This document shows, piece by piece, positions 53,182 to 60,223 of a stretch of 63,844 nucleotides of DNA. The DNA lies in NCBI GenBank assembly GCA_051885355.1, contig JBJEXC010000011.1:1-63844 (forward strand), given 5' to 3'. This DNA comes from Alphaproteobacteria bacterium (GTDB lineage Bacteria > Pseudomonadota > Alphaproteobacteria > Rs-D84 > CACZYB01). Below the pieces are notes generated by a model that was not told the origin of the DNA, made no database searches, and saw only the letters and a list, made by a program, of their open reading frames with translations. Position numbers and translations under genes: made by a program. How positions within the stretch are numbered: position 1 is the first letter of the stretch; each line of letters begins with the position of its first letter.

Positions 53182-53466
53182 TTAAATATTATCAAGTAAA
53201 TCTTTTAAATCAATGACATCTTCTTCAATTATAAAACTCCTATTTAAATTATCCAAAAATTCTAACCCAAATTTTAAGGATTCTGGATTTATAAAAATTC
53301 TGTAATTAGAATCATTTATACCTGTAAAATCTGTTAACAAATAAATATTTTTACCATTTATATTGCACATTTTTAACGGAATTTTATGAGAAAAATACCA
53401 ATCTTTTAAATGGGATTCTGGTAATTTTTCTTCTTGCTCTTTTATAAATTCTTCAATATTTTCCAT
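53182..53466 (-). CDS. Immunity-like small protein (94 aa)
   Basis: Starts 9 nt after the stop of the frameshift-restored toxin frame (TAA at 53476-53478). Confidence 0.5.
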   Translation of the reverse strand: MENIEEFIKEQEEKLPESHLKDWYFSHKIPLKMCNINGKNIYLLTDFTGINDSNYRIFINPESLKFGLEFLDNLNRSFIIEEDVIDLKDLLDNI

Positions 53467-53585
53467 TTTCTATCCTTACTTTTTTATAGTATCTGTTGTG
53501 TATATAGGACCTGATTTATAAGTAGCTTTACCATTTTCAAAAATTTCCACATGTGTATGAGGAGTACTATGAGGATGAGGATTAT

Positions 53586-54596
53586 TTAAATCAAATCTAA
53601 CCTTTTTAGTAATATTACTTCTTGACTCATAAAAACAGTATCTCCTGATTTATTTTTTATTACCTTAACGTTATTTCCTAAAAATTCTTCTATATCATTA
53701 GCAATTTTATCAATCTTCTTAGAGTTTATACCAGAGTTACCACTCTTCGCTCCAACCTCTTCCATTGTAGTCATATTTTTATTAGATGCAACATTTGTTT
53801 TCATTGACGAGTATAAACCATATACGCCTATACTCATATTAACTGTATTACCTGCCATATCCCAGGTCATATCTGAATTATTCATATACTGACCTGAGAA
53901 GTTCTCATAATAACCATATTCATTTTTTCCCTGATATAACATATAGCCATCTTCTGCAAACCCTGTTAAACCCATTGATGTATAGCCAATACCTGAAACT
54001 AAATTACTACCACCAACAGTAAAACCTGAAGATACAAGACCTAATCCATTCTTTGCAGTAGAATACATCAACTGATTTTTATTTACTTTTCCATTTTCTG
54101 TATAATACATTCCATTACTATCTGGACCAGTTTTCAAACTTGCTATATTACTTCCTAAATTTTGAGCACTTTTACCTGCAGTATATGCTGTCCAAGCCCA
54201 CATTCCTAGTTTTACTGCTCCTATCACAAGAGGAGGAATATTATCCCTATTCTCTACCCTACTCCAATCTATCGTATTCCCTATTACATAAGATGAATTG
54301 TTATCCACGCTCCAATTACCCAAACTGGTATCTTTTCCGTTTATCCATAGACTGTCGGTATATGCTCCTATGAAGTTATTACCAAGATACTTTGCGAAAT
54401 CTTCATTTGAGCCATATATTGCATGACCTACTTCATGACCAAATACTCCCAATCCTTTTTCTGTATTTCCATTTATATATAAATCATTTAGGTATATATC
54501 GTGGGTATCTTTATCGTGGTGTTGTATATAGCAAGCGTTTACACTTGATGTGAAAGAGAAAAGGAGGATAAGGATATAGGTGAGGAAGTTAGTCAT
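53586..54596 (-). CDS. Leader-bearing polymorphic toxin cassette T5 (HExxH module + variable C-terminus; apparently frameshifted near the 3' end)
   Basis: Leader MTNFLTYILILLFSFTSSVNAC, then HDKDTHDIY...FGHEVGHAIYGS...WSRVENRDN, then a unique region. A second frame continues to 53476. Confidence 0.7.
   Translation of the reverse strand: MTNFLTYILILLFSFTSSVNACYIQHHDKDTHDIYLNDLYINGNTEKGLGVFGHEVGHAIYGSNEDFAKYLGNNFIGAYTDSLWINGKDTSLGNWSVDNNSSYVIGNTIDWSRVENRDNIPPLVIGAVKLGMWAWTAYTAGKSAQNLGSNIASLKTGPDSNGMYYTENGKVNKNQLMYSTAKNGLGLVSSGFTVGGSNLVSGIGYTSMGLTGFAEDGYMLYQGKNEYGYYENFSGQYMNNSDMTWDMAGNTVNMSIGVYGLYSSMKTNVASNKNMTTMEEVGAKSGNSGINSKKIDKIANDIEEFLGNNVKVIKNKSGDTVFMSQEVILLKRLDLI
54248..54551. repeat. 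304-bp perfect direct repeat, copy 1 (copy 2 at 55838-56141)
   Basis: Every 10-mer block was checked by eye at a constant offset of 1590 bp. Confidence 0.9.
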
Positions 54597-55161
54597 TTTT
54601 TAGAAGTAATTCATTTATATCCAAATTTAATTTTTTTAATAAAATATCTTCATTATCATAAAATAATTTATCAATTAAATTATCTTTTTTTAATTCATTT
54701 AAAACATATATTAAAAAACCTACTATTGTTATAGTATTTAATTTAAAATTATTTATCCCATCATTTAAAATAGTATTTAAGTTTATTTTTAAATTTTTAT
54801 CCCTTATATCTTTAAATAAATATATATATTCTTTAATACTAATTCCTAAAACAGAACTATACTGGTTAATATTTATTTTTACAAAATACCTCCAATAATT
54901 TAATAAATTCAATATATTGCGAAGTGTATTATTCATTAATTGAGTATTAACAATTCTATTTTCTAATTCAGCATCCCCAAATTCTATATCTATAATAGAA
55001 ATCAAAGAGTTAACCTCATAAACAAACTCTTTTTCTGTTTCATTTATATTATCTATATTAAAATAATATTGAAAAATATCAGATAAACTATGTTGTTTAT
55101 TAAGAATAAAATTATACAAATTATTCATTTGATCTATAATATATTTTGATTCTATATACAT
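54589..55161 (-). CDS. Immunity-like protein (190 aa)
   Basis: Starts 8 nt after the T4 stop. Its last codons AAT GAC TAA overlap the T5 leader ATG. Confidence 0.55.
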   Translation of the reverse strand: MYIESKYIIDQMNNLYNFILNKQHSLSDIFQYYFNIDNINETEKEFVYEVNSLISIIDIEFGDAELENRIVNTQLMNNTLRNILNLLNYWRYFVKININQYSSVLGISIKEYIYLFKDIRDKNLKINLNTILNDGINNFKLNTITIVGFLIYVLNELKKDNLIDKLFYDNEDILLKKLNLDINELLLKND

Positions 55162-55169
55162 TTCTTTTC

Positions 55170-56186
55170 CTATTTCAAATTAGTTATTTTTCTACCTGGA
55201 ATAACTGTAATAACAGAACCTTCATTATTTGTTACTACATTTACTTTATTAATTTTATCATAATAATATATTTTTGTAGCAGAACTATTAATTTCTTTAG
55301 TTCCCGAAGAAATAGTATTTTCTACAACAGATGGAGAAAGACCTCTACCTTGCATTTGATCTAATGCATGTCCTGTATAATATCTGTCTAATATTGTCGT
55401 AGGTTTATTTGTCCCAGATTGTATAGATATAGGATTATTTATTACTCCAACAATTTCATGTGTTCCTGTTTTAGGTAATGGTTTTGCAACCTTTTCCGCT
55501 TCTCCAAGATATTTTAAATCTGTTCCTATACCACTAATATGATCTATGTCTAAAGCATCATCAACTTTACTCATTAACTTTGAACCAACCTTACTTACTG
55601 CTTTTCCTCCTACATATAATCCCCCTCCAATGATTAAATCTGTCGCTCCTTCTTTTATGTTCCCTCCAGCTGTATATATCTTACCGTCTACTATCGGATC
55701 CTTATATTCTGTCTTACCCTTATATCCTTTCCCCTTTATCCATGCATATATCTTCCTTGCACTATCTTGGATTGAGTATACCTCTCCTGCTATTACTAAA
55801 GCTGTTATTGCCATACTAATAGGTTCAAAGTTGTCTTTATTCTCTACCCTACTCCAATCTATCGTATTCCCTATTACATAAGATGAATTGTTATCCACGC
55901 TCCAATTACCCAAACTGGTATCTTTTCCGTTTATCCATAGACTGTCGGTATATGCTCCTATGAAGTTATTACCAAGATACTTTGCGAAATCTTCATTTGA
56001 GCCATATATTGCATGACCTACTTCATGACCAAATACTCCCAATCCTTTTTCTGTATTTCCATTTATATATAAATCATTTAGGTATATATCGTGGGTATCT
56101 TTATCGTGGTGTTGTATATAGCAAGCGTTTACACTTGATGTAAAAGTGAAGAGTAGGATAAGTATATAGGTTAGAAAGTTAGTCAT
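55170..56186 (-). CDS. Leader-bearing polymorphic toxin cassette T4 (HExxH module, shared middle domain, RNase-like tip)
   Basis: Same leader and HExxH module (304 bp identical to T5), then VENKDN. The middle domain is shared with T0 and T1. The tip YYTGHALDQMQGRGLSPSVVENTI...GSVITVIPG resembles DUF4258/BECR-type RNase toxins. Confidence 0.7.
   Translation of the reverse strand: MTNFLTYILILLFTFTSSVNACYIQHHDKDTHDIYLNDLYINGNTEKGLGVFGHEVGHAIYGSNEDFAKYLGNNFIGAYTDSLWINGKDTSLGNWSVDNNSSYVIGNTIDWSRVENKDNFEPISMAITALVIAGEVYSIQDSARKIYAWIKGKGYKGKTEYKDPIVDGKIYTAGGNIKEGATDLIIGGGLYVGGKAVSKVGSKLMSKVDDALDIDHISGIGTDLKYLGEAEKVAKPLPKTGTHEIVGVINNPISIQSGTNKPTTILDRYYTGHALDQMQGRGLSPSVVENTISSGTKEINSSATKIYYYDKINKVNVVTNNEGSVITVIPGRKITNLK
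55838..56141. repeat. 304-bp perfect direct repeat, copy 2
   Basis: See 54248-54551. Confidence 0.9.
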
Positions 56187-56568
56187 TTAAGTTTAAATTA
56201 TATATACTATATTTATCATATAATGTTAAAGAAATTAAATATCTATCATTTCTAATAGAAGAAACAAAAGTTAAATATTTTTTCATCTCATCTATAGCTT
56301 CATTTATGCAAACATTATAATTCTTTTTTGCTATATCACACTTATATTCCCAATGGGTGAATCCTGTAACATCATAATCATATATATTTTCATCAATTTT
56401 TGTGAAAATTTCACCAAAAGCAATCAACAATTTATGTTCTTTTATAAAATCTATAATATCATCTACAATATCAATATAAAAACCTAGTTTATTACTATGA
56501 TAAGGTAATAGTGGATATACTTTATCTTGTAAATTTTCTTTTAAAAAAATTCTATATTCAACCTGCAT
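56179..56568 (-). CDS. Immunity-like protein (129 aa)
   Basis: AGGAG Shine-Dalgarno 9 nt after the T3 stop. Ends ...LND with a stop overlapping the T4 leader ATG. Confidence 0.55.
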   Translation of the reverse strand: MQVEYRIFLKENLQDKVYPLLPYHSNKLGFYIDIVDDIIDFIKEHKLLIAFGEIFTKIDENIYDYDVTGFTHWEYKCDIAKKNYNVCINEAIDEMKKYLTFVSSIRNDRYLISLTLYDKYSIYNLNLND

Positions 56569-56577
56569 TTTTATCTC

Positions 56578-58038
56578 CTAACGTAAATTTTTAGTTATTT
56601 TATTAGCTTCTTTAAATAATCTATGTGTTATAGTATTATTTCTAGGATCTAACACATATTCAAAAAATCCTTTATTCCCATTTTTAGTACCTTCTATAAT
56701 AGCTTTATAATATATATTATTATCTCCTCCTGTAAATTTAACCCAATCTTTTGGTTTTAATAATTTATCTATTAAAATAGGAAAATCATGATTATCACCT
56801 TTCCCAATTTTACTTAATACAGAGGAACTATATTTAAAATCATTAGCATCACCTTTAAATAACCCTCTAATACCTCCCTTAATACCTTTCACAAATGGTG
56901 CTATTCCCATTAATAAATTACCACCAATATCCATTGTACCATATATCTTTAAATTTGTCTCTAAATCTTCTGATGATATATGTTCTCCACTTGGTCTCAT
57001 ATATTCTCCATTACCTATATATCCTACATCAGCTATCGCTTTTGCCTCACCTCCTTTGTATGCTCCTACAGCTGCAATAATTACTCCTCCCACAAAAGTT
57101 ATCGTAACAGGCTCTAAATTATCCCTGTTCTCTACCTTACTCCAATCCATCGTATTCCCTATTACATAAGATGAATTGTTATCCACGCTCCAATTACCTA
57201 GACTGGTATCTTGTCCGTTTATCCATAGGCCGTCGGTATAGGCTCCTGTGAAGTTATTACCCAGATACTTTACGAAATCTTCATCTGAGCCGTATATTGC
57301 ATGACCTACTTCATGACCGAATACTTCCAATCCCTTTTCTGTATTTCCATTTATATACAAGTCATTTAGGTATATATCGTGGGTATCTTTATCGTGGGAA
57401 CCTCCTGTGATAACTCCTACCACTTTGTTGGTATTATCATTTACACCAAGTTCCATACCAGCAAAAGTTTTAACATTACCGATTTTTATATAATCGTCAT
57501 CGGTTTCATCTTTACCTGTATTATAGATACCAGCAATTTCATTTTTAAACATAGCAAGAGCTATATCTTTTTCTTCCACAGTTGCATCAATTTGACCAGA
57601 CAGAATCGCAACCGCTTCTTCACCACCGTTTGTATTCAATAGATTTGATATTGCAAGCTTAGATACTTCTTTGTATCTGATACCACTTAAAGCTTGGTTC
57701 AAAGTGACATCAGTCATAACTGCGTCATACAAATTAGTTGCTATATTTTCAATGAAACTCTCAGATACCTTGAAATCCTTCAATATCTTCTTTCTCCCCT
57801 CCCCACTAAACACCCTATTGTCTATAGTCATACTTCCATCCAAAGCACCAGTGATTTTATCCTTTGTAATTTCTTGAGCTCTTTCTACATCCCTGTTTAG
57901 TCCCTCTAAATCAGAGTTAGTTTCCCCTCCTACTGTTATATTACCTGGGCCTATTGTTGCGTGAGGAAGATAACAAGCACTTACACTTGATGTAAAAGTG
58001 AAGAATAGGATAAGGATATAGGTGAGAAAGTTAGTCAT
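56578..58038 (-). CDS. Leader-bearing polymorphic toxin cassette T3 (pre-toxin block + HExxH module + unique tip)
   Basis: Leader, then HATIGPGNITVGGETNSDLEGLNRDVERAQEITKDKITGALDGSMTIDNRVFSGEG, a linker, then HDKDTHDIY...HEVGH...VENRDN and a unique 180-aa C-terminus. Confidence 0.75.
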   Translation of the reverse strand: MTNFLTYILILFFTFTSSVSACYLPHATIGPGNITVGGETNSDLEGLNRDVERAQEITKDKITGALDGSMTIDNRVFSGEGRKKILKDFKVSESFIENIATNLYDAVMTDVTLNQALSGIRYKEVSKLAISNLLNTNGGEEAVAILSGQIDATVEEKDIALAMFKNEIAGIYNTGKDETDDDYIKIGNVKTFAGMELGVNDNTNKVVGVITGGSHDKDTHDIYLNDLYINGNTEKGLEVFGHEVGHAIYGSDEDFVKYLGNNFTGAYTDGLWINGQDTSLGNWSVDNNSSYVIGNTMDWSKVENRDNLEPVTITFVGGVIIAAVGAYKGGEAKAIADVGYIGNGEYMRPSGEHISSEDLETNLKIYGTMDIGGNLLMGIAPFVKGIKGGIRGLFKGDANDFKYSSSVLSKIGKGDNHDFPILIDKLLKPKDWVKFTGGDNNIYYKAIIEGTKNGNKGFFEYVLDPRNNTITHRLFKEANKITKNLR

Positions 58039-58789
58039 TTTTCATCAAAACTGAAAATCTTATAATCAAATCAGAAAACAATAAAGATTTAAAATCTTTT
58101 TCATCATAAATCTCTATATTACAATCTGATATCAATGTATCTTTGGTTAAGGTATCAAAATAATTTTGTAATATTTGTTGCTTCTCTTTGTTTTCATTAC
58201 CAATAGGAATAAATTTAATTTTATAATCATTTATTATAATATCCCCTAAATATATATTTTCAATTTTTTTCAAATAAATCTTTGTATCATTAAAAACAGA
58301 CTTTGCCATATTGTCACTATATAAGGAATATATATTACTTTGCATTTGAGAAGTATTTTTTCCATGATAATCCAACATATTTTTCTTTCTTCTACAAGTC
58401 TGATTTCTACTATATGTCTTCCATTCTAAAACTTTATCAGAATTATCTACTTTAAATATTCCATTTTGATCAAAACTAAGTATACTATGCCCAGTTCCTA
58501 TTTTCAAATCTTCCTCACTAAAAGAAGTAATCAATTTTTTTCTACTTTTATCTTCATAAATAAAATATCTGATATCTCGTCTATCCTGTAAAGATATATT
58601 AGGATTATAATCAAGATTTAAAATATCACCTTTTTTAAAATACAATACATTATTATATTTGAAGTAAGGAATATAAACAAAAATTTCATCATAATATAAA
58701 TTTTTAATTACAACAGGAAAAACTGGATATACAATATGAAAACAAGCAGTTAATACCAACAAAATACACATTATAAATATTTTCTTCAT
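58031..58789 (-). CDS. Immunity-like lipoprotein (252 aa)
   Basis: Start at MKKIFIMCILLVLTACF (lipobox LTAC), 1 nt after the T2 stop. Ends ...KND overlapping the T3 leader ATG. The longer ORF-track start (58978) overlaps T2 and is rejected. Confidence 0.55.
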   Translation of the reverse strand: MKKIFIMCILLVLTACFHIVYPVFPVVIKNLYYDEIFVYIPYFKYNNVLYFKKGDILNLDYNPNISLQDRRDIRYFIYEDKSRKKLITSFSEEDLKIGTGHSILSFDQNGIFKVDNSDKVLEWKTYSRNQTCRRKKNMLDYHGKNTSQMQSNIYSLYSDNMAKSVFNDTKIYLKKIENIYLGDIIINDYKIKFIPIGNENKEKQQILQNYFDTLTKDTLISDCNIEIYDEKDFKSLLFSDLIIRFSVLMKND

Positions 58790-58790
58790 T

Positions 58791-59648
58791 TTAAATTCCC
58801 TTATATTTTTGATTTCCATATTTATCTGCATCGGCTTCAAATCTATTTTTTGATGTAAATGGATTATCCAATAAATACATAGGTAAAAATAGTGGCCCCC
58901 ACTGTCTATACTGTTGAACATGTCTATTTTCATGCTCTCTCCATATTGTCCAATCATCTTCTGTAGGAACCTCAACAAATAATCCTAACTCCCTTGCCTC
59001 TTTTACTCTTTCTGAATATTCATATGTACGATTAGCAATATCTATACCATCTCCATAATCATCAACATATCCAAAATAATTTACAACTTGTCCAAATGTT
59101 GTAGCCCAATCATTTAAATTTTCCTCTCCAAATAAACCATTTAACATATGAAACAAAGGATTTCCTATTATATTATGAATTCTATTTTCTTCATCATATT
59201 CATGTCTAGCTCCTAATAAAACTCCGATAGCTCCAATTGTAGCACCTATCATAGTATTTGGCAAGTTCCAAATATCTCCCAAAACTGTTAATGTATTCCC
59301 TACTAAATTCGTATGATCCTCTATTATACTCCTCCAGCCCTCTCCGCTAAATACCCTATTGTCTATAGTCATACTTCCATCCAAAGCACCAGTGATTTTA
59401 TCCTTTGTAATTTCTTGAGCTCTTTCTACATCCCTGTTTAGTCCCTCTAAATCAGAGTTAGTTTCCCCTCCTACTGTTATATTACCTGAGCCTATTGTAG
59501 CGTGAGTTATTTGTTCCTTTTCCGAACCCTTGTCCTTCATAGTTATAGTTGTTGAACCGTTTGGATGGATGGAGTAGTAATAGCAAGCATTTACACTTGA
59601 TGTGAAAGAGAAAATAAGAATGAGGATATAGGTAAGGAAGTTAATCAT
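58791..59648 (-). CDS. Leader-bearing polymorphic toxin cassette T2 (pre-toxin block + HExxH-containing tip)
   Basis: Leader MINFLTYILILIFSFTSSVNAC, a pre-toxin block 135 bp identical to T3, and a tip with NLPNTMIGATIGAIGVLLG and REHENRHVQQYRQWGPLF. Confidence 0.75.
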   Translation of the reverse strand: MINFLTYILILIFSFTSSVNACYYYSIHPNGSTTITMKDKGSEKEQITHATIGSGNITVGGETNSDLEGLNRDVERAQEITKDKITGALDGSMTIDNRVFSGEGWRSIIEDHTNLVGNTLTVLGDIWNLPNTMIGATIGAIGVLLGARHEYDEENRIHNIIGNPLFHMLNGLFGEENLNDWATTFGQVVNYFGYVDDYGDGIDIANRTYEYSERVKEARELGLFVEVPTEDDWTIWREHENRHVQQYRQWGPLFLPMYLLDNPFTSKNRFEADADKYGNQKYKGI

Positions 59649-60218
59649 TTATTTTAAGAAAAAATCTTTGTAATTATTATAAATATTTATAATCCCAACA
59701 TATGGATTAAAATCTAAATTTACTTCTACTTCTTTTTTTAAGTTCTTATAAAAATTATAAAAATTATTTATATATTGCTTATAAGTATTTCCAAAAATAC
59801 CCTTTAAATTTTCTTCTTTTCCAATCCATATATGATAATAGTCATTATCATTAAAAATCATTACTTTTTCATCACTTGATATTAAAACGAAATAAAGAAA
59901 ATGAAGAGTTAAATATATATCAGAAGGTAATATATCTGGATAGTCATTAAGATATATCATTTCATTATCTCCCAATAAAGATATTATTGCTTTTTGATTA
60001 ATAAAATATCTATCAAATAATAATCTTTCACTATCTTCATCAAAAATATTTTCAACAAAAGGTATAATTTTCAAATTATTTTGAATAAGATATTTTCTAT
60101 CCAATTCCCAATAGGAATTTTCTGAAGTTTTACATTCAATTGTTATATTTTTACACAAATTTAAAATATATTTACTTTTTTTCTTAAAAAATATATCTCT
60201 AATATCTAATAACATCAT
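59649..60218 (-). CDS. Immunity-like protein (189 aa)
   Basis: AGGAGAA Shine-Dalgarno 5 nt after the T1 stop. Its stop directly abuts the T2 ATG. Confidence 0.55.
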   Translation of the reverse strand: MMLLDIRDIFFKKKSKYILNLCKNITIECKTSENSYWELDRKYLIQNNLKIIPFVENIFDEDSERLLFDRYFINQKAIISLLGDNEMIYLNDYPDILPSDIYLTLHFLYFVLISSDEKVMIFNDNDYYHIWIGKEENLKGIFGNTYKQYINNFYNFYKNLKKEVEVNLDFNPYVGIINIYNNYKDFFLK

Positions 60219-60223
60219 TTCTC

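Noticed and set aside
58790-58978. Long 5' extension of the lipoprotein ORF (ORF-track start 58978) overlapping the 3' end of toxin T2
   Set aside because: The internal Met at 58789 gives a canonical lipoprotein signal and starts 1 nt after the T2 stop. The extension has no Shine-Dalgarno and overlaps T2 by 188 nt.
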